64,000 nt of DNA from Massilia sp. (GCF_031995545.1 NZ_DAMAGA010000008.1:27818-91817); one strand, 5' to 3'; positions 18,942 through 28,478 are shown, counted from the first letter of the stretch. Program-made: numbers and translations. The notes: generated from the letters alone by a model not told the origin.

Positions 18942-19718
18942 TTATTGCGCCGTCATGCCGTCGTCGGCGGTGATGATGGCGCCGTTGATGAAATGGGCTT
19001 CTTCCGCCGCCAGCAGCAGGAGCAGCCCGTCGAGGTCTTCCGGCTTGCCGGGGCGCTTCCTCGGCAACATCTCGATCAGCTTGCGGCCCGGTTCGGTGTC
19101 GAAATAATCCTCGTTGGAATCGGTGGCGATGTAGCCGGGGCAGATGGCGTTCACGTTGATGCCGTACTTGCCCCACTCCACCGCCATCGCCTTGGTCATC
19201 TGCACCACGCCGGCCTTGCTCATGCAGTACACGCCGATCTGGGGCAGCACGCGCAGGCCCGCCACCGAGGCGATGTTGACGATGCGGTGCTGCTTGCGCG
19301 GGTCGCCCTTGGCGCGCGCGATCATGCGCTTGGCGGTCTGCTGCGCCATGAAGAATGCGCCGCGCAGATTGGTGTCCATGATATAGCTGTAGTCGTCCTC
19401 GCCGACGTCGAGCAGGCGCTGGGTGGTCGACACGCCGGAATTGTTGACCAGGATGTCGATCGGTCCGGCCTCGGTCTCGGCGTGCGCGATCGCCGCCTTG
19501 ATGCTGCTCAGGTCGGTGACGTCGAGGCGCACCACGTGCGCCGCGCCGCCATCGGCTTCGATCTCGGCGCGCAGTTCCTTGAGGCGCTCGGTGCGGCGCG
19601 AGGCCAGCACCACCTGGGCGCCGGCGCCGGCCAGGGCCTTGGCGAAACGTGCGCCGAGGCCGCTCGATGCGCCGGTGACCATTGCAATCTTTCCTTCGAA
19701 ATTGACTTCAATCCCCAC
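18942..19718 (-). CDS. Short-chain dehydrogenase/reductase (FabG-like)
   Basis: MVTGASSGLG, NNSG, YCMSKAG (YxxxK). The ORF opens at 19775, but GTG 19718 is preceded by ggggag and gives a family-typical length. The start is uncertain. Confidence 0.84.
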   Translation of the reverse strand: MGIEVNFEGKIAMVTGASSGLGARFAKALAGAGAQVVLASRRTERLKELRAEIEADGGAAHVVRLDVTDLSSIKAAIAHAETEAGPIDILVNNSGVSTTQRLLDVGEDDYSYIMDTNLRGAFFMAQQTAKRMIARAKGDPRKQHRIVNIASVAGLRVLPQIGVYCMSKAGVVQMTKAMAVEWGKYGINVNAICPGYIATDSNEDYFDTEPGRKLIEMLPRKRPGKPEDLDGLLLLLAAEEAHFINGAIITADDGMTAQ

Positions 19719-19903
19719 GTCCGGCTCCCCGACGCCTGTGTGCGTCACGCATTTGCGAAAGCATAATGATCCCACAAATGTCGGGCATTAGATTGCCGCA
19801 TCTAATATTGCACTTACAATGGCGCGAAAGTTGCATTCGGCAGCAAAAACCCGCACACTCGTGCTAATTTTTTTCAGCCCTCTATTTACGTCAGAAAAAC
19901 ACC

Positions 19904-21580
19904 ATGACCGAGACCACGAATCTTCTAGAACAATATGGCCCGCGCGAGGCGATGGAGTATGACGTCGTCGTCGTTGGCGGCGGTCCTGCCGGCCTGTCGG
20001 CCGCGATCCGGCTGAAGCAGCTGGCGGCCGAGCAAAACCGCGAAGTGTCGGTCTGCGTGCTGGAAAAAGGCGGCGAGCTGGGCGCGCACATCCTGTCTGG
20101 CGCCGTGATGGACCCGCGCGCGATCACCGAGCTGTTCCCGGACTGGAAGGAAAAAGGCGCACCGCTGAACACGCCCGTCACTGAAGACCGTGTGCTGTTC
20201 CTGACCGAGACCAAGTCGTATGCGACCCCGAACTTCGCGGTGCCGAAGGCGCTGACCAACCACGGCAACTACATCGTGTCGCTGGCGAACGTAGTGCGCT
20301 GGCTCGGCCAGCAGGCCGAGGCGCTGGGCGTCGAGATCTTCCCCGGCTTCCCGGCCGCCGAGGTGCTGTACAACGAAGATGGTTCCGTCAAAGGCGTCGC
20401 CACCGGCAATATGGGCGTCAAGCGCGACGGCGAACCGGGTCCGGACTTCCAGCTCGGCATGGAGCTGCACGCCAAGTACACCTTCTTCGCCGAAGGCGCG
20501 CGCGGCCACCTGGGCCGCCAGCTGATGGCGAAATACGATCTGCAAAAAGATTGCGATCCGCAGACCTACGGCATCGGCATCAAGGAACTGTGGGAAATCG
20601 ATCCGGCCAAGCACCAGCCGGGCCTGGTGATCCACACCGCCGGCTGGCCGCTCGACAACGACGTGTACGGCGGCTCGTTCCTGTACCACCTGGAAAACAA
20701 CCAGGTCGCGGTCGGTTACGTGGTCGGCCTGTCGTACCAGAACCCCTATCTGTCGCCATACGAAGAATTCCAGCGCTACAAAACCCACCCGGCGATCCGC
20801 GGCTTCTTCGAAGGCGGCAAGCGCATCTCGTACGGTGCCCGCGCGATTGCTTCGGGCGGCCTGCAATCGCTGCCGAAGACCGTATTCCCGGGCGGCTGCC
20901 TGATCGGCTGCGATGCCGGCTTCCTGAATACGTCCCGCATCAAGGGCAGCCATGGTGCGATCAAGACCGGCATGCTGGCGGCCGAAGCGGCGTTCGCTGC
21001 GCTGGGCGCCGGCCGCCAGGGCGACGAACTGACGGCGTATCCAGAAGCTTTCAAGAACTCGTGGCTGCACGAAGAGCTGTACATCGCGCGCAACTTCAAG
21101 CCGTGGATGAGCAAGGGTCTCGTACTCGGCACGATCATGACCGGCATCGACCAGATCGTTTTCCGCGGCAAGGCGCCATGGACGCTGCACCACAAGCACG
21201 CCGACCACGAATGTCTGAAGCCGGCGTCGCACTTCAAGCCGATCGTGTATCCGAAGCCGGACGGCAAACTGACCTTCGACAAGCTGTCGTCGGTGTTCAT
21301 CTCGAACACGAACCACAGTGAAGACCAACCGGTGCACCTGACCTTGAAGAACCCGAGCGTGCCGGTTGAGGTCAACCTGGCCAAGTTCGCCGGTCCCGAG
21401 CAGCGCTACTGTCCGGCCGGGGTGTATGAGTACGTGAAGACCGACGAGGGTCGCGACCGCCTGCAGATCAACGCCCAGAACTGCGTGCACTGCAAGACCT
21501 GCGACATCAAGGACCCGACCCAGAACATCGTCTGGGTGACGCCGGAAGGCGGCGGCGGGCCGAATTACCCGAATATGTAA
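19904..21580 (+). CDS. Electron-transfer flavoprotein:ubiquinone oxidoreductase (ETF-QO)
   Basis: YDVVVVGGGPAGLSAAIRL and a C-terminal 4Fe-4S motif NCVHCKTCDIKDP. 558 aa. Confidence 0.95.
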   Translation: MTETTNLLEQYGPREAMEYDVVVVGGGPAGLSAAIRLKQLAAEQNREVSVCVLEKGGELGAHILSGAVMDPRAITELFPDWKEKGAPLNTPVTEDRVLFLTETKSYATPNFAVPKALTNHGNYIVSLANVVRWLGQQAEALGVEIFPGFPAAEVLYNEDGSVKGVATGNMGVKRDGEPGPDFQLGMELHAKYTFFAEGARGHLGRQLMAKYDLQKDCDPQTYGIGIKELWEIDPAKHQPGLVIHTAGWPLDNDVYGGSFLYHLENNQVAVGYVVGLSYQNPYLSPYEEFQRYKTHPAIRGFFEGGKRISYGARAIASGGLQSLPKTVFPGGCLIGCDAGFLNTSRIKGSHGAIKTGMLAAEAAFAALGAGRQGDELTAYPEAFKNSWLHEELYIARNFKPWMSKGLVLGTIMTGIDQIVFRGKAPWTLHHKHADHECLKPASHFKPIVYPKPDGKLTFDKLSSVFISNTNHSEDQPVHLTLKNPSVPVEVNLAKFAGPEQRYCPAGVYEYVKTDEGRDRLQINAQNCVHCKTCDIKDPTQNIVWVTPEGGGGPNYPNM

Positions 21581-21585
21581 GGCTG

Positions 21586-21613
21586 AACGCCGGCGAACTC
21601 GCCGGCGTTTTTA
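21586..21613 (+). terminator. Rho-independent terminator after ETF-QO
   Basis: aacgccggcg-aact-cgccggcgtt followed by ttt. Confidence 0.65.
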
Positions 21614-21724
21614 CTGTTGGCTTTGTCCGAAACCTCCTACAGCGCATCCTCCAATTATCCGATTGGCATAGCCGCTGACAGGCGTAGCATGGGTCTCCTC
21701 GACATTCAGTGCAAGGAGACCAGC

Positions 21725-22174
21725 ATGAGTGAAAACAAGGGCCATAGCGACAAAAATCCGAGCTACCCCGAGTTGGACGACATGGGTTCTGCAGCCAGCC
21801 GCGCCGGAGATAATGCCGGCAATCTGCAAAACGCTGGGCAGCAGGACATTGGAAACCAGCAGAGCGGAAAACTTCAAGGCAGTAATCAAAGCAGCAAGCA
21901 GCAAGGCAATCTGCAGCAAGGCAGCAAGCAGCAAGGTGGTAAGCAAGCAGACATTGGTAGCCAGCAGAACATCGGCAACCAGCAACAGGGCCTGCAAGGC
22001 GGCCAGCAGCAAGGCCAGAAGCAGGGACAACAGCAGAACCAGCAGCACGGCGGCCAGCACGCATCCGGAGGCACTCCGGCGTTGGACAACCTGAACAGCA
22101 AGCAAGGCAGCCGCCAGTCCGGCCAGGATGCACAACAGACCGACTGGGACAATCTGCAGGACAAGCACCGCTGA
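21725..22174 (+). CDS. Gln/Gly/Asn/Lys-rich intrinsically disordered protein (hydrophilin-like, 149 aa)
   Basis: ATG 21725 preceded by aaggaga. MSENKGHSDKNPSYPE..., then degenerate (Q/N)QQG(N/S/K) repeats. No hydrophobic core. A terminator follows. Confidence 0.6.
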   Translation: MSENKGHSDKNPSYPELDDMGSAASRAGDNAGNLQNAGQQDIGNQQSGKLQGSNQSSKQQGNLQQGSKQQGGKQADIGSQQNIGNQQQGLQGGQQQGQKQGQQQNQQHGGQHASGGTPALDNLNSKQGSRQSGQDAQQTDWDNLQDKHR

Positions 22175-22203
22175 CGCAGCACGGTCACGGCAGCACGATC
22201 CAG

Positions 22204-22241
22204 GGCGCGGTCCTCTTACGAGGCCGCGCCGTTTTCATTTT
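22204..22241 (+). terminator. Rho-independent terminator after the Q-rich gene
   Basis: ggcgcggtcctc-ttac-gaggccgcgcc followed by gttttcatttt. Confidence 0.55.
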
Positions 22242-22267
22242 CAGGTCCGCAGCTGCAGCCAGACCCC

Positions 22268-23860
22268 TCAGGCAGTCAATGCTTGCGCTGTCTCGCGATC
22301 CGGCGCCGGCGCTGCATGGGACGCGATCAGTTCCAGCACGTGCGCCAGCTGGACCGGCTTGTTGAGGTGATGCGCGATGCCCGCCGCCTTCGATGCCGCG
22401 CGCGACGCTTCGTCGCTCCAGCCGGTCAGCGCCACCAGCAGCGTCTGCGCGCCGAGTGTGCCGGCGGCGCGCGCACGCTGCGCCACGTCGTAGCCCGACA
22501 TGTCCGGCAGGCCGACGTCGAGCAGCACCACGTCCGGCCGCCCGGCCGCGATCGCGCGCAGGGCGCCGGCACCGTCATAGGCGGTCAGGACGCGGTAGCC
22601 CTCCATGTCGAGCAGCGCCTGCATCATCTGCACCGAATCGACGTTGTCGTCGACCACCAGCACGGTCGCCGCCGCCAGCGGCGCGCCGCCCGGCTCCTCG
22701 GCTGCCGGCTCGTTCACCGGCAGATCCTGCGCCAGGGGCAGCACGATCTGGAAGCGCGCGCCGGTGCCGGGACCATCGCTGTGGGCGTCGATGCGTCCGC
22801 CGTGCTGGGTCACCAGGTGGCGCGTCAGCGCCAGGCCGATGCCCAGGCCGCTGTTGCCGTTCATGCCGCTGGCATGTTCCTGGGCGAACATGCCGAACAG
22901 CTTGGGCAGCATCGCCGGCGCGATGCCGCGCCCGCTGTCGCTGACGGTGACCACCACCGTCTTGGCGTCCGGCAGCGTCACCGTCAGCTCGATGCGGCCG
23001 CCGTCCGGCGTGAACTTGATGGCGTTATTGAGCAGGTTCGAGACGCACTGCGCGATGCGCACCGCGTCCACGCACACCGGCACCGGCGTGGCCGGCAGGC
23101 TGGCGCTGAACGCGTGGCCGGCGGCCTCGATCAGCGGCTGGCAGGTTTCCAGCGCGCCGTCGATCACCTGGCGCAGGTCGACATGGGCCAGGCGCAGGGT
23201 CAGTTTGCTCGACTGGATGCGCGACACGTCGAGCAGGTCGTCCACCAGGCGCGTCAGTTGTCCGCTCTGGCGCGCGATGATGGCGGCGGCGCGCCGCACC
23301 TTGTCGTCTTCCGGTTCGACGGCGGCGATCAATTGCGCCGCCGAACGGATCGGCGCCAGCGGGTTGCGCAGTTCGTGCGCCAGCATGGCCAGGAACACGT
23401 CCTTCTGGCGGTCGGCTTCGCGCAGCTCGGCTTCGCGCGCCAGCAAATCCTGTTCGCTGCGGCGCAGCTTTTCGCTGGTGATGCGCAGCCGGCTCAGTGC
23501 CGAATTCATCAGCTCGATGACGATGCAGTCCACCACCAGGATCCCGGCGAAGAACACCAGCGCGATCAGGTCGCTGCGCGGCATGGCGCTCAAGGCCACC
23601 GGCGGCCCCATGAAGAAGGCCCAGGCCGCCCCCGTGCTCAGCACCGCCACCACCAGCCCCGGCCCCAGGCCGACCAGCCAGGTGGTGATCAGGACTGCCG
23701 GGAAGAACGAGAGAAAGGGAAAGCCGCGCGCCGGCAGCACGTCCACCAGCAGGAAACGCGCCGCCAGCGCGATGGCGAACAAGGCGATGGCGGTGACGTA
23801 CCGGACAGGCTGGCGCGCGGCGGCCTGACGCCAGGCGTCGCGCAGGGAAGAAAGCTTCAT
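22268..23860 (-). CDS. Hybrid sensor histidine kinase/response regulator (membrane DUF4118-like input)
   Basis: N-terminal TM bundle, H-box LAHELRNPL, HATPase G-boxes (DSGRGI, GLGIGLAL), C-terminal receiver (VLLDVGLPDMSG). 530 aa. Confidence 0.9.
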   Translation of the reverse strand: MKLSSLRDAWRQAAARQPVRYVTAIALFAIALAARFLLVDVLPARGFPFLSFFPAVLITTWLVGLGPGLVVAVLSTGAAWAFFMGPPVALSAMPRSDLIALVFFAGILVVDCIVIELMNSALSRLRITSEKLRRSEQDLLAREAELREADRQKDVFLAMLAHELRNPLAPIRSAAQLIAAVEPEDDKVRRAAAIIARQSGQLTRLVDDLLDVSRIQSSKLTLRLAHVDLRQVIDGALETCQPLIEAAGHAFSASLPATPVPVCVDAVRIAQCVSNLLNNAIKFTPDGGRIELTVTLPDAKTVVVTVSDSGRGIAPAMLPKLFGMFAQEHASGMNGNSGLGIGLALTRHLVTQHGGRIDAHSDGPGTGARFQIVLPLAQDLPVNEPAAEEPGGAPLAAATVLVVDDNVDSVQMMQALLDMEGYRVLTAYDGAGALRAIAAGRPDVVLLDVGLPDMSGYDVAQRARAAGTLGAQTLLVALTGWSDEASRAASKAAGIAHHLNKPVQLAHVLELIASHAAPAPDRETAQALTA

Positions 23861-24004
23861 GGAGCAGGAAAGAGTGAGTGTGGAGACCGTGGACGGAGAG
23901 AAAAGGCGTTCAGATTGCCGGTCAATCCGCGACTCTACACTAAAAGTACTTGCCTGATAACACGATTGCTATTTCACAACGCCGGCGCCGGCGTCAATAC
24001 CGGT

Positions 24005-25126
24005 TCAGCGCAGCGCGATGCGTTTCTGTTCGCGCGCCGAACGGTATACGGCCTCGATGATGCGGATGTCGCGCAAGCCCTCTTCGCCGGCCACGATCGG
24101 TTCGCGGTTCTGCAGCACGCACTGCGACATGTGGTCGAGCTGGCCCGCCCATTGAGTCGCGTCCGGGCCCGGCTTCGGCGTGACCAGGGTCTCGTCGCTG
24201 CGGTTCTTGCCGACCCATAGCTTGTGGCCGCTGTAGCCGGTGGCCGGTTCCATTTCGATGCGGCCCTTGTCGCCCATCAGCAGCAGGTGGTTCTGGTTGG
24301 CGCTGTACATCGACATGCACGAGCCGATCACGCCGGACGGGAATTCGAGCTGGAACTCGATCATGTCTTCCACTTCGCGGAAGCGCGGATCGTTCTTGTC
24401 GGTGGTTTCCTTGGCATACACGGCAATCGGCTCCTCGCCCACCATGTAGCGCGCCGCCTGCAGTGCATAGATGCCGATGTCCATCATCGAGCCGCCGCCC
24501 GACATCGCCTTCTTGAGGCGCCAGTTGTCCGGACCGCCACCCGCGGTGAAGCCGTGCTCGGAGCGGAAATAGCGCAGCTTGCCGATCTCGCCCGAGCGCG
24601 CGCGGCGCATCGCTTCCAGGTTGTGCGGCTCGAAGTGGCTGCGGTAGCCAATCATCAGTTTCTTGCCGGCCTTGCGGCAGGCGGCGATCATCTGCTCGCA
24701 TTCCTTCGAGGTCAGCGCCATCGGCTTTTCGCACAGCACGTGCTTGCCGGCAGCGGCCGAACGCTCGGTGTACTCCAGGTGCATCGAGACCGGCAGGCAG
24801 ATGTAGACGATGTCGACGTCCGGGTTGTCGCGGATGCTGTCGAAGTTCTGGTAGTTATAGATGCCGCGTTCCGGCACGCCATATTCCGCCGCCACCTTTT
24901 TCGCCTTGGCGGGATCGCCGCTGACCAGCGCCACCAGTTTGCTGTGCTGGCAGTTCTTGAACTGCGGGATGATCACACCCAGGCCGTAGCCGCCGAGGCC
25001 GACGATGGCATAGCCCAGCTTGCGTCCCGGCTGCTGGGCCCAGGCCGGCATGCCCATCGCGCCGGTTGCCAGCGCGCCTCCCGCGGCCAGCATCAGGCCG
25101 CGCCGATTCAGATCGATCATCACCAT
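24005..25126 (-). CDS. Gfo/Idh/MocA family oxidoreductase with a Tat signal (glucose-fructose-oxidoreductase-like)
   Basis: Twin-arginine leader NRRGLMLAAGGALATGAMGMPAWA, Rossmann GLGGYG, conserved LCEKPMA. Confidence 0.9.
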   Translation of the reverse strand: MVMIDLNRRGLMLAAGGALATGAMGMPAWAQQPGRKLGYAIVGLGGYGLGVIIPQFKNCQHSKLVALVSGDPAKAKKVAAEYGVPERGIYNYQNFDSIRDNPDVDIVYICLPVSMHLEYTERSAAAGKHVLCEKPMALTSKECEQMIAACRKAGKKLMIGYRSHFEPHNLEAMRRARSGEIGKLRYFRSEHGFTAGGGPDNWRLKKAMSGGGSMMDIGIYALQAARYMVGEEPIAVYAKETTDKNDPRFREVEDMIEFQLEFPSGVIGSCMSMYSANQNHLLLMGDKGRIEMEPATGYSGHKLWVGKNRSDETLVTPKPGPDATQWAGQLDHMSQCVLQNREPIVAGEEGLRDIRIIEAVYRSAREQKRIALR

Positions 25127-25296
25127 CTCCTTGTTGTCGGTATTCGTTGTCGGTACTCGCCCTGCCCGGCTGCGAACGCAGCAATGCGCAATGGGGTCCT
25201 TGATAAGGATACAATTGTTCCGATTGAAATGGTAGCGATAACATCACGTATGCTCCACCTTCGTCCCGCGCGACTTCACCCTGAAAGAACCAGCCG

Positions 25297-26265
25297 ATGA
25301 CCGTTTTCATGAACCGCTTCCCTCTCCCATCCGCCCGCAGCCTGTTTGCAGCGGCCGTGATGGCCACGCTCGGCCATGGCACCGCCGTCGCTGCCACGCC
25401 GTTGCCGCCAGCCTGCGGCAAGGCGCCGTCGGGCGAGTCGACCGCCCAGCGCATCGCCGCCGTGACGCCCAGCCGCAGCGAGCCCGGCCTGTACGAAGGC
25501 CCGGTATGGATCAAGGATGCGCTGTACTTCTCGGACTTCAGCTTCAGCCAGGGATTCCCGTCGCGCGTGCGCAAGCTGGCGCTCGACGGCACGGTGACGA
25601 CCGCGATCGAGGATGCCGGCAGCAACGGCCTGGCGGTAGACAAGGATGGCAAGCTGATCGCCGCCACCCACAAATACAAAGCGCTGTCGCGCTATGACCT
25701 GGCCGGAGGGCGCACCGCCGTTGCCGAACGTTACCGCGACAATGTGTTCAATTCGCCGAACGATATCGCCATCGCGCAAGATGGCACGATCTATTTCACC
25801 GACCCGGATTTCCAGAAAGCGGCCGCACCCGGCGGCCAGCCGGTGACCGGTATCTATCGGGTGGGTACGGACGGCAGCGTGACGCTGGTCGACGGCAGCC
25901 GCCGCAACCCGAACGGGATCGCGCTGTCGCTCGACGGTGCGCAGCTGTACGTGGTCGCCGGCGACGGCGCGATCCGCAGCTATGACGTCAAGGGCAAGAT
26001 GCCGCAGGCCGGACGCGAGCTGGTCAAGGGTATCGAGAACGGCGACGGCATGACCCTCGATTGCCACGGCAACCTGTACCAGACCGAGCACGGCGCCAAA
26101 CGGGTGCGCGTGTTCTCGCCGCAGGGACGCGAGCTGGCGACGATCCGGGTCGATGCGAATGTCACCAACGTCGCCTTCGGCGGCAAGGATGGCAAGACGC
26201 TGTACATCACGGGCGCCGGCGCCGTGTGGCAGACGCGGCTGGACGTGAGCGGCCTGCCCTACTAG
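25297..26265 (+). CDS. SMP-30/gluconolactonase/LRE family protein, secreted
   Basis: Signal peptide, beta-propeller repeats with NSPNDIA, IYFTDP, PNGIALS, GDGMTLD. Divergent from the Gfo-like gene. Confidence 0.87.
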   Translation: MTVFMNRFPLPSARSLFAAAVMATLGHGTAVAATPLPPACGKAPSGESTAQRIAAVTPSRSEPGLYEGPVWIKDALYFSDFSFSQGFPSRVRKLALDGTVTTAIEDAGSNGLAVDKDGKLIAATHKYKALSRYDLAGGRTAVAERYRDNVFNSPNDIAIAQDGTIYFTDPDFQKAAAPGGQPVTGIYRVGTDGSVTLVDGSRRNPNGIALSLDGAQLYVVAGDGAIRSYDVKGKMPQAGRELVKGIENGDGMTLDCHGNLYQTEHGAKRVRVFSPQGRELATIRVDANVTNVAFGGKDGKTLYITGAGAVWQTRLDVSGLPY

Positions 26266-26275
26266 AAAGGGCTGC

Positions 26276-26689
26276 TTACCAGGCGCGGCGGCCGTGGCTG
26301 CCGAAGTTGTGGCCGCTGACCAGGGTGGTGCTCTGCACCAGCGTCGACAGGCCCAGGATCAGTTGCACCAGCCGGTCGTCCGGCAGCACCCAGATCTGGC
26401 CGCGCGGCTGTTCGGCGCCGGTGGCGGCCATGATCAGTGGCGCGATCCAGGCCGCGTCCTGATCGACGTCGAGGATCACGGCGTCCTGCGTCGTCTGCAT
26501 GTGGATGTTGCCGCCCTCGCTCAGGGTGAAGCAGATGCCGACACCGGTTTCCTGCGGCTTGAACGCATCCACCATCGCGGCGTTGTGTTCGTCGATCCAG
26601 AGTTCGACGTCCTGCGGCGTCTCGAGCGGGGTCCAGGGGCGGGGTTTGAAGCGAGGTGGCTGGTCGGGCGATGGATTCATGTGCTGCAT
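26276..26689 (-). CDS. Hypothetical protein (137 aa)
   Basis: ATG-initiated ORF with balanced composition and no recognisable motif. Confidence 0.45.
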   Translation of the reverse strand: MQHMNPSPDQPPRFKPRPWTPLETPQDVELWIDEHNAAMVDAFKPQETGVGICFTLSEGGNIHMQTTQDAVILDVDQDAAWIAPLIMAATGAEQPRGQIWVLPDDRLVQLILGLSTLVQSTTLVSGHNFGSHGRRAW

Positions 26690-26799
26690 GTGTGAGTAGA
26701 CGGGCAGTATCTTACGGGATTTTGCGCCGATGCGGCGGCGCTATTTCCGGCTGCTTGCCTGTGTCAGAATGCTCGACGACAATAACAACGGAGCCCGAT

Positions 26800-27708
26800 G
26801 TGAAGATCATCCTTGCTGCGGCGCTGCTGGCGCTGGCCGGCGCCGCCAACGCCGCCGTGCCCAACGCTGCGCTTGCCGCGCAGGCCTACGTCCTCGACAA
26901 CACCGAAGTACGCGATATCCGCGCCACCGAACTCAGGCGTGACTACCAGGTCTACGTCGCCCTGCCCGACTCTTACCGCGACGGCAAGCGTTCCTACCCG
27001 GTGGTGTTCGTGTCCGACGCCAGCTACGCGTTCCCGGTGGTGCGCAACATCGCCCAGCGCCTGCATCGCCACGCCGGCATGGAAGAAGCGATCGTGGTCG
27101 GCCTGTCGTACGCCAAGGGCGACACCGGCGTCTACAGCCGCCGGCGCGACTACACGCCGACGACGCCGCACAAGCACGACTACCGCAGCGACATGCCGGG
27201 CCGTCCGCTCGCGTTCGGCGAGGCTGCGGGCTACGGCCGTTTCGTGTCGAATGAAGTCTTTCCGCTGATCGCCAAACACTACCGCGCCGACATGCGGCGC
27301 AAGATCTTCGTCGGCCACTCCTACGGCAGCCTGCTCGGCCTGCAGATGATGCTGGATGCGCCGCGCAGCTTCGAGCACTATATCCTCGGCAGCCCGTCGC
27401 TGTGGTTCGACGCCGGCGTCATGTTCGAGCGCGAGCGCGCCTACGGCAGCAGGCACAAGGACTTGCCGGCCAGTGTGTTCTTCGGCATCGGCGGCCTGGA
27501 AACCCTGCTACCCGGCAAGAAGCGCTCGCGCGCCGAGGAAGACGCCGACATGGTGGCCGACCTGCGCGAATTCGATGCCGCCTTGAAGAGCCACCGCTAC
27601 CCGCAGCTGCGCACGCGCCTGAAAGTGTTCGCCGATGAAGACCATGCCAGCGTGCTGCCGTTCGTGGTCACGCACGGCTTGCGCGCCTATCTGGCGACGA
27701 AACGATGA
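26800..27708 (+). CDS. Secreted alpha/beta hydrolase, putative esterase (esterase D/IroE-like)
   Basis: GTG 26800 after aacggag. Signal peptide VKIILAAALLALAGAANA, then YPVVFVSDA and the nucleophile elbow GHSYGS. Confidence 0.8.
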   Translation: MKIILAAALLALAGAANAAVPNAALAAQAYVLDNTEVRDIRATELRRDYQVYVALPDSYRDGKRSYPVVFVSDASYAFPVVRNIAQRLHRHAGMEEAIVVGLSYAKGDTGVYSRRRDYTPTTPHKHDYRSDMPGRPLAFGEAAGYGRFVSNEVFPLIAKHYRADMRRKIFVGHSYGSLLGLQMMLDAPRSFEHYILGSPSLWFDAGVMFERERAYGSRHKDLPASVFFGIGGLETLLPGKKRSRAEEDADMVADLREFDAALKSHRYPQLRTRLKVFADEDHASVLPFVVTHGLRAYLATKR

Positions 27709-27709
27709 T

Positions 27710-28171
27710 TCAAGGCAGGTCGAGGTTCAGCAGGCGCACTTCGACCTGGCCGTCTTCGATCAGGAGTTCGCCCACCGATATCGGCAGCTTGAAGCGGCGC
27801 CGTCCGGCGCTGCCCGGATTCACGTACAGCACGCCGTCGCGCTCGCTGCAGGAAGGCTTGTGCGAATGGCCGGCGATCACCACGCGCACGCCTTCGGCAG
27901 CCGGGTCGATCGCCAGTTCCTTGAGGTCGTGGATGATGTGGATGGCGACGCCGTCGAGCGTCAGGGTAACGGCTTCGGGCAGGGCCTGCGCCCAGTGGCC
28001 GTGGTCATTATTGCCGCGCACGGCCGTGAGCGGCGCCAGCGTGGCCAGTTGTTCGAGCGTGGCCGGGTCGACGATGTCGCCGGCGTGGATGATGTGGGCG
28101 CTGCCGCGCAGGTAGTCGAACGCCTGCGGCCGCAGCAGCCCGTGGGTGTCGGAAATCAAGCCGACCCGCAT
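27710..28171 (-). CDS. YfcE/MJ0936-family metallophosphoesterase
   Basis: ISDTHG, HAGDIV, GNNDH, GHSH motifs in canonical order. 153 aa. Confidence 0.9.
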   Translation of the reverse strand: MRVGLISDTHGLLRPQAFDYLRGSAHIIHAGDIVDPATLEQLATLAPLTAVRGNNDHGHWAQALPEAVTLTLDGVAIHIIHDLKELAIDPAAEGVRVVIAGHSHKPSCSERDGVLYVNPGSAGRRRFKLPISVGELLIEDGQVEVRLLNLDLP

Positions 28172-28187
28172 TCCTTATTTGCTCGCT

Positions 28188-28478
28188 TCAGGTGCGCTTG
28201 CTGCTGGCCATCTTGGCCGTGGTGTACACCGAGTACAGCGCCGCGATACCGACCAGCACGTAGACCACGCGCGTCAGCGCGCTGCCCGGGCCGAACAGCG
28301 TGGCGACCATGTCGACGTTGAACAGGCCGACCATGCCCCAGTTGAGGCCACCGATGATCAGGAGCGCCATCGCAATATAGTCCATGGCGGACATGGCGGA
28401 GCGTTGGTGCGAACGGACGGCCACCCGGCGATCGGGCATGGTGCGGCGGTCCATGGTTGGTGCGTTGATTGTTGCCAT
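28188..28478 (-). CDS. DUF378-family small membrane protein
   Basis: Internal ATG 28478 preceded by aaggagg. Core IAMALLIIGGLNWGMVGLFNVDMVATLFG matches the DUF378 signature. Confidence 0.72.
   Translation of the reverse strand: MATINAPTMDRRTMPDRRVAVRSHQRSAMSAMDYIAMALLIIGGLNWGMVGLFNVDMVATLFGPGSALTRVVYVLVGIAALYSVYTTAKMASSKRT

Noticed and set aside
21600-22260. The Q-rich region as a horizontally acquired island or non-coding microsatellite.
   Set aside because: The lower GC is explained by CAG/CAA/AAG codon content. A good RBS, a single long frame and a terminator favour a real gene. No mobility genes or flanking repeats were seen.
23980-24000. The perfect 16-bp palindrome acgccggcgccggcgt downstream of the Gfo-like gene as a regulatory operator.
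   Set aside because: It sits just after the gene's stop codon and is most simply a GC-rich terminator-like hairpin. It has no partner site or adjacent promoter.
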